Part shown: positions 49,712 to 61,798 of the stretch, piece after piece | Layout: every line of letters starts with the position of its first letter | Numbering within the stretch: the first letter of the stretch is position 1 | NCBI GenBank assembly: GCA_047495785.1 | Contig: JBLDXI010000042.1 | Span: forward strand, 62,001-126,000 | From: Lepidodermella squamata | Lineage: Eukaryota; Animalia; Gastrotricha | Length of the DNA: 64,000 nt | Reading direction: 5' to 3' | Notes under the pieces: generated by a model | What the model was told of the DNA's origin: nothing | The model's input: the letters and a program-made list of their open reading frames with translations, nothing else | Database searches by the model: none | Made by a program: the position numbers and the translations under genes

Positions 49712-50311
49712 GATTGCCCATCGTTGAACAAAATGAATTCAACATACAGTATGCATTAGGCAAATAGCAAGTTACACATTAAGCTGAAAAAACGATGACT
49801 ATAACTATATGTTATATTCTATAGGTATATGACATTGAATTAATTGTATAATATAAAGGCAAGTACTTGTACACGTAAGAAAATGACCGCAACAACATGC
49901 GTATTTTTTGGCGAAACATTTACTTGTAGTACATTTGACATTTGTACATTTGACGCCAGCTAAATGGTGAAAAGTTCGATTTACTATAATATTCAGACAT
50001 AGGTAATGATGTGCCATCAAGGGTCACAGGTAGCGGGGACCAGTGTGCGAAGTAGGATCCGGGTGTTTTCTACTTGTTTTCGAGGTCCCCCCTTTGGTTT
50101 TTTCAACCTTCCTCTGATTAAGGTCCCCGAGCTGGAGTGTCGCGACACCCCAGCAACCGTGTAATTCGCACCCTGCAATACATAAACTAGTTGACTTTCA
50201 TAGGAGAATTCAAGTTAGATTTTTACTGATTTGATACTAGGTTTGATATATATTTTTTACTCAATAATTATTTACAAAAAATGAACGAAACATCAACGCA
50301 GTTTATTTGAA

Positions 50312-50668
50312 TCAGTTCTTGATATAGATTACAGTGTTCTTATTAAGTGGTCGTGCAAGAGAAGGCTCGCACTCCTTATATAGATTGCACCTCGTTGAGC
50401 CGATGGTGATATCAAAGGCGGCGCACTGTTCCGAGGCCGAGCATAGTTGAGCGCAGTTTTCAGGCTTCGACACGACATAGCGGCGGAATTCTGGCAACTT
50501 GCAGCGGTGACTCACAGGCGAGTATCTGGCAATGATCGGCTTTGAAAGATGACCTGAGTCGAATTTCGGCGATGTGACCTGATTTAAACGATCCAAGGTG
50601 ATTATTGTTGCTGCTATGAGGCAGAATACAACAATGACTGTGCACACGCTATAAATGTTTGTCGGCAT
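50312..50668 (-). CDS. Single PAN/apple-domain microprotein, copy 2
   Basis: 118 aa, collinear with copy 1, all Cys conserved. Confidence 0.8.
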   Translation of the reverse strand: MPTNIYSVCTVIVVFCLIAATIITLDRLNQVTSPKFDSGHLSKPIIARYSPVSHRCKLPEFRRYVVSKPENCAQLCSASEQCAAFDITIGSTRCNLYKECEPSLARPLNKNTVIYIKN

Positions 50669-51327
50669 TATTATAGTAATTGAACGATGAAGAAAAGGTT
50701 GACATATTATATTAAGGAATACGGATTACTACTACGAATGCTTTGTTGTTCCGTGTTCGCAGTACTCTCTCTTTGTTATCAGCTGTATTTTGATCTTTTT
50801 GTCATCCGAAGAATATTACAGCGACGATTTCTCCGACAAAAATATGTTTGGCTTGAATAGAATAGAACTTCACCTATTGAATTGAGTAACTCGATCCTTC
50901 TTGAAGGATTTGAGAGAAAATTATTTCCCTCAAATTTCGTATTATTTTAGTGTTCTCCAGCAGTGTGCGACCTATAATCTCCGAGCTGGGGAATACTTTC
51001 GAGTAATTTTAGTAAAGGCCCCTTTGGGCTATTTTTGTGTCTTCTATCTCGGAACCTCGGAACCTTCTCCCTCCCCGCCCCCTCCCATCTCTTCCTGTAC
51101 CCAATGTACTTCACACACTGCTCTCCAGGTATCCACGGCAATCCTCTCCACAGAGGAATGAAAAATGCGATTCAATACGAAATTAGAATTGAAACATCGC
51201 CACTGATGAAAGCATTGAGGTAGCTTTAAGGCAGTGCGCTCAAAAGAAGTATTCAGCAAAAATGTGGCGTACCCAATAGCCAAACAAATATACTTCCGCT
51301 GTGAAAAGCTCACTGCCATCCTTTTAA

Positions 51328-51406
51328 TGATCTTAAATAGAAGCCTCACTGCGATTATTTCTTCATTAATTTAATTTATTTTAATACTCGGAATAGCTTT
51401 TCAACA
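51328..51406 (+). pseudogene. Glycosyltransferase-like copy 6, 5' stub
   Basis: atgatcttaaatagaagcctcactgc.. matches 40520 and has an early TAA. The downstream flank of copy 7 (about 62030-62120) reappears at about 53535-53612. Confidence 0.7.
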
Positions 51407-52101
51407 AGGTCATATCCAGGTCATAGCACTGGTATTAGGCAACTGAATAAGCCTCGGCCTCATGCGAGGTCTGCAGGGTAACTAAACGTCAAGCGAGCCC
51501 ACCACGTCAAGGTTCCAGTGCTTTAGGCTCGCTTTTTTTTAAGGGACATTTCGTCTCCAGGGAGAGAGAAGCCTCTATGAGGTCTCAAACCAGAGGTCAG
51601 TGGCCAGTGGCCCCTTTGAGTCTCCTTCCCGCGAGGACGAAAAAAGGAAGACTGAGAAAAATGAGCGGTCCTGCGGTATTTATGCAGGCAGAGCGTGTGG
51701 GTTGTGCTTGCTCGTGGTCGCAAAACAACATTAAACCTGTTGAATATCGGGGGACACTACAAAGCCCTTGGTCGCAAATGACTTGCTGGTTCATACTTGC
51801 TGGCTCATTAACGTTTTCTGTTTGATTGTTGCAATAAAAGTGTTTCTCTTATAGCTTTGTCTCGTTTCCTAATTAAAATGCGATTTTTTTAATTTTGCTG
51901 CGAAAAAAGTTGGTTTCTCTTCGGAAAAGAGGCCTTCTGAGGAAACGTATAATTCATGAGTTTCCATGAGTTTTTTTATTAATTCAGCTTGGTATAAAAA
52001 AGCATTATTCAATGTTAAGCCTTAATTCTGCAAAGACATTTCGACGCTGAAAATGAATGATGAATTTTCTATTCATTCATAATTCGAAATTCACGATAGT
52101 A

Positions 52102-53482
52102 CCGTCATCTGGGGCAAAATGAACCTTTGGGGCTAATTAGCCAAAAATTTAGCTTTTCACATTTTTATTGATAACTCAAAAACTGCAATGTAAAACTTCA
52201 CACAAGTTTACGGGGACGATTGTCAGCAAGCCTCCTGCAAGCCTGCAAATTTCCAGCCACGTATGTCCCGAAATGAGGTCACGGCATGTTGTTTCACAGA
52301 GGTGATTTTAGGGAGGTAAAAATGACCCCTCTAAATTGAATTACCTGGAGCCAATCTCGAGGTTTGATGATCAGATGAAATTTTTGCCTTCGACCATTTT
52401 CGTCGTGAAAAACCGCGACCCCAGGCAATGCAAAGGTGCACAAACTCAGTGCTTTGGATTGGATTGGATTTAATTCAATTTGATTTGATTTAGACCCTAT
52501 TTTCACTGATTTAGATTTAAAATGATTGATTTACGCGGGTTAAGCTGTTTGATTTGATTTATTTTTATTTAGCCTCGGTGATGCAATCGAAAAACTTGAT
52601 ATCGCGAAACCAAAATCTCTCCTCCTTTTTGATGAAAATGTGCTATGGAAAGGGACGGTAATTTCAAATTCGCGTTATTTTATTCATTTCTTGAAACTTC
52701 GAAGCCCCCAGCTTACTGAAAATCCCGATGTTTTGCGATTTATTGTGATTTATGGTTGTCGATGATTTGATTTGATTGATTTAGTCCTGGAAAATTGGGA
52801 CAACGATTGATTTTGATTGATCGAAGAAGGTCCGTGATTTAAGCCGTAAATCAAATCAAATCAAATCAAATCCAAAGCTCTGGTATGGCTAGATGATTGT
52901 GGCCAAATTACCCCATTGAAAACTCAATGATGGGGGCTAATTGGCCACCCTTATCCTTATAATGGGTTTGCAATATTTACTGATTGTGAGGGTTGAATGG
53001 TCGAGTGGTTGTAATGATGTGTCATCAAAACTTGTGTGATCTGATGAGCGACGGCTCGATTCCTCATAAAATAACATTTTTTGCGTCGCTTCTAAATGTT
53101 TATATTGTTTTTTTTTATTTTCCATTTTAATTTTGCTCCAATTTACGGTAATTCTTCATCACACTTTTTAGGAATATTTCTTGTCCGATGTTTGCTACAA
53201 AGTTTCGAGACCAGGACACACTATCTTGGATCTAGCCCATGATGACACATCATTACAACCACTCGACACTCGACCATTCAACCCTCACAATCACTAAATA
53301 TTGAAAACTCATTATAAGGATAAGGGTGGCCAATCAGCCCCAAAACACCTGTCCAATTTGCCCCAAACCTGGGGCAAATTGAGCTTCCTATAAAATCGGA
53401 ATCACGACCCTCTGAAACGTGTATAAATGCGAAAAAACAGGGGGTAATTTTTTTCCCGCGCCCATTTTGCCCTAATTTACGG
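52102..53482. mobile_element. TA-flanked MITE with nested inverted-repeat elements (52447-52882 and 52933-53341)
   Basis: Outer ends CCGT..GGGCAAAATG and CATTTTGCCC..ACGG. One inner element has cagtgctttggatt / aatccaaagctctg ends with gattt repeats, and the other has ~95-bp inverted arms ending GGGCT / AGCCC. Confidence 0.65.
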
Positions 53483-54326
53483 TAAGCTTTGTTAAGCTAT
53501 CTCTCCCTTGTCATGCTGTAATAAAGCACCGTTTTCTGAAGCCAAACATGACGGTCGAAACCGCTGGATACCTCTTAGTCATCAACTTTTTGAAAAATAA
53601 CTGAAACTGCCTGCGTAATGCATCACAACCTAATTTAAACGATGCAAAGTGCCATGCCAACCTACGAATACAAATTACAACTACGAATAAGTTGTTGTTC
53701 CTTGTTCGCAGTATCTTTCTGTGTTAGCTGTGTTACCCGCAATCAAGATGTGGCTATTCAGCACGCGAAAAGCCTAGGGACCATGGTTCTACCATTAATC
53801 ATGGGAATAGTTGACTCATAAGCCTTGTGATGATATCTGATACCAAATGCGAACAAATTTCGAAAGGCGACTTGCATAAATAAAGAGAATAAGTAGAGAG
53901 TATGAGTGAGCCTCGTGAGCCTGATGACCTGAAGAATCTAAAAATCCCAGTGGCATAGCACCCACACCTGGGAAGCAGGTGAAACGCAAATGGTCGGATC
54001 CACTGAAAAAATGAATGTGATGGGAAAATGCAGCAAACGGCCTTGTTATTATTGCTAAATACCCATTTATTGCCTCACTCACAAAAATCGTATTTTTGGC
54101 CTCGCTCAGATGAATTTTGTATGTGTTTGCCAAGAAGTGTCGAGTCTATACTGCTATTAGTCCCAAGACTGCGGTCAGCGATTAAGAAACTTCGGAAATT
54201 ACAAAACAAACCTCCAACTTTCATCGCAATAATTTTTATTGTGGAACCTCATATCACTAGTTGCAAGCGTGCTGCTCTCTCTTCATCTCACCCAGCAGCA
54301 ATTTTTCAAGCGCATGTGACTCCAGC

Positions 54327-54647
54327 CTAACGCCGACCACAAGCTCGAGGAACGCAGGGCATAAACCTATTATGCTCGATCGCTTCGTACCGCGCTGCTT
54401 CCGCCGGCTGCGCTTCCTCGCGGCCGGTTGCTCTGGCGCACATCAGGCCGCCGTGACCGTTTTTTACCAGCACACCCGGAGCGCCCCTGCCAAGTACGCA
54501 GTGGTCTCCTTCCTTTCTTTCTGCGACTGCCATGAGAGTTACAGCGGCCTATGTGGAAATGAAATATCAGGCTATTACAAAGGCTATACATGACGTGAAT
54601 CCGCTTCTCACCAAAATGAGGATCACCAATGCAAGCTTAGTTGGCAT
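54327..54647 (-). CDS. Small secreted Cys-loop peptide precursor
   Basis: MPTKLALVILIL|AAVTLMAVAERKEGDHCVLGRGAPGVLVKNGHGGLMCARATGREEAQPAEAARYEAIEHNRFMPCVPRACGRR*, with the conserved intron. Confidence 0.8.
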
Positions 54648-55009
54648 GATTAGTTGACAGTTAGAAGAAAATTTTTCGACTTTATCTTGGAGATAGAAAC
54701 TTGAATAATGAGCTGAGCAGAGCTGGGCTGCTTCTTTAGCACTTTGCTAGTCATTCGATATCTACGTCAGAGTTTGGTAAAATATTCATTTTGGCTTGAT
54801 AAATAAGATATCTGAGCGCACACTGCGGCTGATTCAACAAATGTAGAGAAATTTTTAAGCTATTAAACAATGATGGAAATAGACAGAGGTGTCGGTAACG
54901 AGGTCTTAATTGCCAAGTGCGTTTTTCTACATTTTACAGAAGGCGAAAAGAATATGATTATTAAATTTTAAAATTACTAATTTTAATATATATCTTCGCG
55001 TTATCAGCA

Positions 55010-55990
55010 CATCTCCCGGGTGGCTTCCCCATCACTGATAAGCAGCTTTTGAATCTGATAGCATTTGCGGATGACGGCACCTTAATTGTTATGAGCCACG
55101 AGGAAATTAAATCATTAATTGATGTCTTCAACAAGGCCTGCCAAGAGCTTGGTCTGAAAATTAGTGTTAGCAAAACCCAGTATATGGTTATCGGTGAGGA
55201 TAAAAATTATCAACTGGAACTAGATGGAAAATTATTGGAGAAAGTTACGTCGTTTAAACATTTAGGTAGCATCATCACATCTGACAGTAAAATGCACGAA
55301 GAAATCAAAGCTCGTCCAGCGAAAACTGGCAGCTGTTTTGGTACTTTCAACAAGTTGATGTGCAGCAGAAAACATTTTAGCCTAGCCACGAAATTGAAAG
55401 TTTTAAAATGTGTGGCAATTACGCCTGTGAAACCTGGAACCTAACTACTGCGCAGGAACAAAGGTTAAACGTTACTTTTATGCGCTGGCTTAGAACCATT
55501 ATGGGCTTTTTCCGAACAGATTATATACCTATTATATATTAGGTTGATATGTGATGTTTTAGAATTAAGTAAAATAATTGAAAAAAATCGTTTGAAATAT
55601 TTCGGCCACATTATTCGCCAAGATGAGTATGATGCTGAAAGTCTCACGAATGCTATGTACCGTATTACCCCGCTTAATACGACACCCCGTTGCGCCACTT
55701 TGACCCTCTCCACTATTATGGGGGATAGTATTTGAACATCGGAAACAATCGCGTAAGCTGCGCCCAACCATAATTGAGCGTTAAAACAAGGTGTTTCCTC
55801 GTTGGGGGTCAAGGGGATTAGTGGGTATCCCTTCAAAGTGGCGCAACGGGGTGTCGTATTAAGCGGGGTAATACGGTACTATTGGAAAGCGGTCGACCCG
55901 AGTTGGGGCTTGCCTCGTGGTAAGCCGCCAACCCGATGGACTGCCAATTATACCATATGAAAGTGGCTCAACTCATTGCCGTATTCTGAA
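55010..55990 (+). mobile_element. Decayed, 5'-truncated RTE-like LINE of the same group as 10756-12000
   Basis: LIAFADDGTLI, GLKISVSKTQYM, F-KHLGS, RLKYFGHIIR, and W..PRGKPPTRW resuming after the MITE. Confidence 0.85.
55660..55876. mobile_element. TA-flanked MITE inserted in the LINE
   Basis: Perfect ~44-bp inverted arms CCGTATTACCCCGCTTAATACGACACCCCGTTGCGCCACTTTGA. Confidence 0.9.
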
Positions 55991-56289
55991 TTGCCCGGCA
56001 TATCTTTTCAACACAATAATCGATATAATGATTGAAACAAATGGGGCTACATTTGAGTAGATCCAATGACATTGAATGACTCGGAAAAATCTTACAAAAA
56101 GTCTGATTCAACAATCCTTGACAGTTTTCTACCCAAATAATTTACTTTTTATAACTGCTGATAACAACTTCTCACTGTCGTAGCATTTACTTTTATTGTA
56201 ACCTCACACCTCACACCAATTGTTGACTTGACAATGTAAGCGGGCTGCTGCTCTCTCCTCGTATCACCCATCAGCCTTTCCGAATTGCA

Positions 56290-56650
56290 TGCATGCGACT
56301 CCAGCCTAATGCTGACTGCATGATTTTCTTCCATTTTGACTTCTAACAATGCCACGCTTGCCGTCCTTCCTAACGCGCAATTCCCCATCTCATGCCGCTT
56401 CGGCCGGTTCAGCTTCCTCGCGGCCGGATGATCCGCGGCAGATCAGAGAGAGTTAGAGCTTTTGACCAGTTTACCCTTAACATTCCCATACAATAGGCAT
56501 GTATCTCCTACCTTTTCCTTTTGTTTTGCGGCTGACACTAGAGTAACAGCGGCCTATGAGGAAAAGAGAGGAAAAGAAGCGTTAGGCTACAAAATGAATG
56601 AAGTTGAGAGGCTTCTCACCAAAACCACGATCGTCAAGTTTAGTTGCCAT
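56290..56650 (-). pseudogene. Two-loop peptide pseudogene, closest to the 30150-30568 copy
   Basis: Exon 1 is only 31 nt (frameshift). Exon 2 retains GDTCLLYGNVKGKLVKSSN and GREEAEPAEAA*. Confidence 0.75.
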
Positions 56651-57197
56651 TAGTAGCATTACAGTCCGGCTTTGCAGGATCAAAGTCCACGTTTAGCAGA
56701 TTAATGGCATTACTGCGCTTTTTTCTACTGCGTGCCCTGTGCTATATATAAGATATTTCGATTCCAAGTCCATCTGGGCGTCATAATTGATGATTAAGCT
56801 TAAGGGCTGACATCTGACCTGATGCCTTATCAATGGTGGCGGCGGCGAGACTGATGCAAGAAATTGAAAAATTTTCCTAATGAAAATATTTCAACGCGTG
56901 TTTCAGCACTCAAATTGATGATACGAACTATTTTAAATTGTTGAGTTTATCCTTGACAGAATCGAAGCCATACGTGGAAGTATTTTTCCTGGGCTGCTTG
57001 AAACTTACGCGTTACGCGTGATGTAAAAAGGTTTCAATCACTGTGGATTGTGGGCTAGCAAATTTCCACTGTCCCAGATTTCATTTTTATTGCAACACAG
57101 CATCACGACTAGTTGACAATGTAAATATACATTCACGAGCTTGCTGCTCTCTCCTCATCGCACCCAGCAGCCATTTCAAATCGCATGCGAGTCCACC

Positions 57198-57522
57198 TTA
57201 GTGACGTCTGCAGACTTTTTTGCCTTTGCGATGCCTAACAACGCCAGGCTTGCCGTTCTTCCTAGTGCACTTTTCCCCGTTTCGTGCCGTCTCCTCCGCC
57301 TGTGCCTCCTCGCGGCCGGTAGACATGGCGCAAGCCAGTTTGCCGTCAAACCTTTTTACCATCACACCCGGAGCACCACGGCGATAACAGCTCTCCTTCC
57401 TTTCTTTCTGCGGCTATCATGAGAGTAATAACGGCCTATGTGGAAATGAAACATTAGGCTAAAAAGAGTATACGTCAAGTTCTCACCAAAATGACGATCG
57501 TCAATGCAAGCTTAGTTGCCAT
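57198..57522 (-). pseudogene. Two-loop peptide gene with one frameshift near the first Cys
   Basis: MATKLALTIVIL|AVITLMIAAERKEGE, frameshift, then RGAPGVMVKRFDGKLACAMSTGREEAQAEETARNGEKCTRKNGKPGVVRHRKGKKVCRRH*. Confidence 0.75.
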
Positions 57523-57879
57523 GCGTAGTTAAACGGTTAAAATAAAATATTTCGACTTTATCTTGAAGATGGAAATTTGAATAATGATGCACTGAGCAAA
57601 GTTGGGCTGCATTTTCAACAATTTGCTTGTCATTCCGTCTCTACGTCAGCCGTGGATTGCTTATTTGTCATTTCAGTTGCTTTATGAATAAGCATCAAGA
57701 GTGTAAGTCAGAGCTGAGCGACTGATTCAACAAATTGAAGAAATTATCATAATATCAAACAAAGATGGAAAATTGGCAGAGGCGTCGGTATAACGGTGTA
57801 AAGTGCCAAGTGCATTTTAATTAATGTAATTATGAAGGAAGCGAAAAACATAATTATTCAATCGCAAAATTACTATTTT

Positions 57880-58359
57880 TCATGGATCTTGGAATTTATG
57901 AATTTTCTGTTGAGAAGTGAACTTGAAGGTCGAAAATCGCGAAGCCAATGAGGTAGGACATCCTGACACATGTAGAGACATGAGACATAAGACAGTGTTC
58001 AAAATCCCAGAAGCAACGCTATGAAACCAGCAAAGTATGTAATACGAACGCCATGGAGCGAAGACAAGGGCCAAGCAGACACAGAACCGAGATCTCGGCA
58101 ACCGAGACAAGCTATCCAGCGACTTGGAGTCAAACATCAACGAGGCTGCCCCAATCAACGCTTGACCGTGAACAAGGAGATGTGTTGCCATAAAGCGAGC
58201 CATTAGCAAATCGCACGAGCCACGTAAGGGCTCAATGTTGAAGACGAACGTCACTGGTAATAAGCTGAACGCCATTAACATTGACCAGCGGAGCGCCAGA
58301 AACCATCGTTGAAGTCGATGTCGCAACACCACAAGCGGGCCAGGGTGATACCATATCAT
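57880..58359 (-). pseudogene. Hydrophobic coding-like segment, copy C (longest open frame, 159 aa)
   Basis: Homologous to the 37188 and 41720 segments, with several hydrophobic stretches. It may be a real exon. Confidence 0.45.
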
Positions 58360-58505
58360 TGACGCATTGGAAAAACCACCTGAAAATTTCTATTCTTTGC
58401 TCAATCTAAACCGTCACTCGAACTTTCACAACACAGGATTATGGCGGTCCTAATTCATATTATACTTGATGATTTTCATCGAAGAATCCAAGTCAAATTT
58501 TTGCT

Positions 58506-59413
58506 CAGACTATCGGTCTGCCAATTTATTCTGGTCTTGGCAAGACCAGACGTTTTTACCGTGAAGTAAGACCAAGACCCAGACCGAAATTTATACCAGG
58601 TCTTTATATCAAGACCAACGACCGCAGACCATTATATTTCATTGTTGCCCCTCTCATCATTCTCCTCAGCCAAATTTTGAAAATTATTGGAATGGTTTAT
58701 TTCCCAGGGCGTAACTAGTATTCTTTTGTTTTCGGTTATAACCGGTATTCCATTTGTAACAAATTTTTTTCAAAGCGTGCTGGGGAAAGGCTTCTTGATT
58801 TGAGAAGGTGCGTCGAAATTGAAAATGCATGAAAGGAGTTAAACGAAAGCGCGTCACGTGGTGTTAAGCTGGCCCCTGGCTCGTTTTTTCTCAATCACGT
58901 TAACTACTGAAAAAAGCTAACAAGCTCCCATTGGTTTTCTGAATATGCTAAGTAGTCGGGTTGTTAGGGGCTCAATTCCCGGCCCCCCTTAGTTTCGTTC
59001 GGCCCCCAACATTAATTGCGCAACCAAAGGGTAAAAATGGACTTGTGCGCAAGCGCTAATTCCGAATTTTGAAAAATTTCAGGGCCGCGCGCGCTAATGT
59101 CAAAGGGCTAGTTTTAATAAAGTAGGCGGTTTTTATACCAAAATATAGCTCAATTCTCTACCGATTGAATATGGTGTTCTCGCGTGAAAAAATTAATGGG
59201 AAAAAGTTAAGTGTAAGGTACAGTGCTCCTTCGTTAAAGGCACCCTTTTTATAAGACCGTTTTCTTATCGAGGGCTGTTTACGATAGGGAGAGGATTAGC
59301 GTCCCAGATGTTTCCAATTTTTTGCTTTCTCGTAATAAATGTTCGGCGACCTTGATAAAAGCACCCCTTGTTTAATGAACGGGTCCGACACCGAAGACCA
59401 GGCTGAAAGTCTG
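58506..59413. mobile_element. hAT-type MITE with nested inserts
   Basis: CAGACTATCGGTCTG...CAGGCTGAAAGTCTG termini, an 8-bp target duplication tttttgct, and aagacc subrepeats. Confidence 0.8.
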
Positions 59414-59573
59414 TTTTTGCTGATTTTATATTTTCATATTATAACCGTCAACCTATGACATCCGGATTTCGGTTTTACAGCGTCAAAAATGATAAAATCC
59501 GGATAACTCGTCATATTTCTACTCCATAATTATTGACAAAAAATGAACGAAACATCACCGCGGTTTATTTGAA

Positions 59574-59930
59574 TCAGTTTTTGCTATAGACTATAGTTTT
59601 CTTATCAAGTGGTTGTTCGAGTGAAGGCGCGCACTCCGCATATAGGTTGCAATTTGTTGAGCCAATAGTGATATGGAACGCGGCGCACTGTTCCGTGGCC
59701 GAGCATAGTTGAGCGCAGAATTCTGGCTTTGAGACAGTGTGACGACGAAACTCTGGCGGCTTGCAGCGGTGACTCACAAGCGAGTAACTGGCATGGACCG
59801 GCTTTGAAAGATGGCCTGAGTCGAATTTCGGCGATGTGGCCTGATTTAAACGATCCAAGGTGATTATTACGGATGCTATTAGGCAAAATACAATGATGAC
59901 TGTGCACACGTCGTAAGGTTTTGTCGGCAT
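59574..59930 (-). CDS. Single PAN/apple-domain microprotein, copy 3 (an in-frame upstream ATG at 60029 is possible)
   Basis: MPTKPYDVCTVIIV.. is collinear with copies 1 and 2. Confidence 0.8.
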   Translation of the reverse strand: MPTKPYDVCTVIIVFCLIASVIITLDRLNQATSPKFDSGHLSKPVHASYSLVSHRCKPPEFRRHTVSKPEFCAQLCSATEQCAAFHITIGSTNCNLYAECAPSLEQPLDKKTIVYSKN

Positions 59931-60683
59931 TATTGTAGTAATTGAGCAATGATAAAGAGGCGTACACGTCATACACATCATCACGCAATATATCAATGAA
60001 TACGAATTACTACTACTTTGTTGTTCCATGCTCGCAGTACATTTCTGTGTTATCAGCTGTATTTTTAGTTTCTGTCATCCGAAATAATGAATAATATTAC
60101 ATCGTCTATTTCTGCTGAGGTGTTTTGGGTGGTGTTTACCTGTTTTCTAGGACCCAGCTGAAGAAACTAAAGGGTCACCCCTGTGGCTTTTCCAGCCTTC
60201 CTCTGATTGTAGTCCCGGAGCTTGTTTGAATCATTTTCTTTAACCCTCAAGTTTTCCCATTATAGCGTTCTCAGTTCTCAAGCCGTTTATTGCGAAGTAG
60301 GATCCTCGAGCCTCGAGACAGGATGATATTTTGGGGTAATTTTGGTGTTTTCGTGTCTTCTTGCTCGAAACCTTCGTGAGGGGGATGCGGTGAATCCCTT
60401 GCACCCCATTCACTTCCCGCCTACTCATATATCTTCCTGCATCCTCATGAACATTACCCACTGCTCTCCAGTACTTATCCATACAGCAATACTGTCGAGA
60501 AGAATGAAAAATACGATTCATAATAAAATTAGAATAAAAATCTCGCTATTCATGGTTTAGGTAATACTAAGGTAATACTAAGGCGATGCGCTCAAAGGAA
60601 TTATTCAACCGAAAAATGCACTAGCCCCAATAGCCAAAACAAATAAATACTCACGTTGTGAAATGCTCACAGTCACTTATTTC

Positions 60684-61798
60684 ATGATCTTAAATAGAAA
60701 CCTCAATGTAATTATTACTACTACCGCTCTTATTATCATTCTCATAGTTTCTTTTCTTCACACTAATCGAACTAAAGATTGCGAACGTGTGGGGCTAAAT
60801 GTCAATCGATCAATCAGCGGCATCGAATGGCTCGAAAGAATCTACCGAAAAAGCCCAGTCGATTCCTTGAAACTTTTCTACCCAGAAAACGTCTCGAAAA
60901 ATCTTCGCGAATCTAGTCCGAAATGCGATTTAGTCACTGGGAATCGCGTTGTAGTCACCTTTGGATCGAATGGCACCCATCTGAAGCAGGCCGAGAGGCA
61001 TTGTGCCATAGCCGTGTCTATTCAAGGCATTGCTGCTTGCGTTGTTGCAAATTCAAACATTTACGACGCCGCGTTTTACGCCAGAAATTTCGAGAGAATT
61101 CTATCGAGGCCTCGTGGTGCTGGATACTGGCTATGGAAACCTTATTTAATTATGAAATCGCTGGTCGAAATGCCTGAGAATGATGTTTTACTGTATTTGG
61201 ATGGTGATAAGTATCTTGTCAATAATTTGGAGGAATTCGCCTGCTTACAGGTATTTTTATAAAAATTGCAAAAAATTAATTCAATTCCCCCAACTTTCAG
61301 GCTCGACTCAATCAAGACATAGTTGTCTTCAACCATGAAAAGCCGTATCTCGAGCATAATTGGACAAAAAGCGACGCTTTACTGCTAATGAATGTCGAAC
61401 ACCTGCAACCGAAATTGAGCGAAACAATGCAAATTTACGGGGCCTATTTGCTGTTGAGAAAATCTTTCAAATCTATGCGCTTCGTCTCAGAATGGCTGAC
61501 TTATGCCCAGGACGAGCGAATTATCGATGATAACCCGAGTTTTATTCGGAAAAACTTGCCTGGCTTCAAGCAGAACCGTCACGATCAGTCGATTTTAAGT
61601 CTTTTGGCTAAAAAATGGAATTTAACATCGTGGCCAAATCCTGAACTGGCGGATTTTTCGAAAAATAGCTACCCACGTTTCAAAAGTGGCGAATTCGCAC
61701 CTTGTTATAATTGTTTAGATTTCGATAAATTAACTATTGAAAATGTGAAATTGCCGACTCGAAAGCTGGTGAGACAAGGCCTTATTGTGAAAAGTTGA
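60684..61798 (+). CDS. Glycosyltransferase-like protein, copy 7 (divergent subfamily)
   Basis: Exons 60684 (or 60663) to 61250 and 61301-61798 with a 50-bp intron at the conserved site. Motifs RGAGYWLWKPY, YLDGD and NRHDQSILSLL. Confidence 0.87.
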
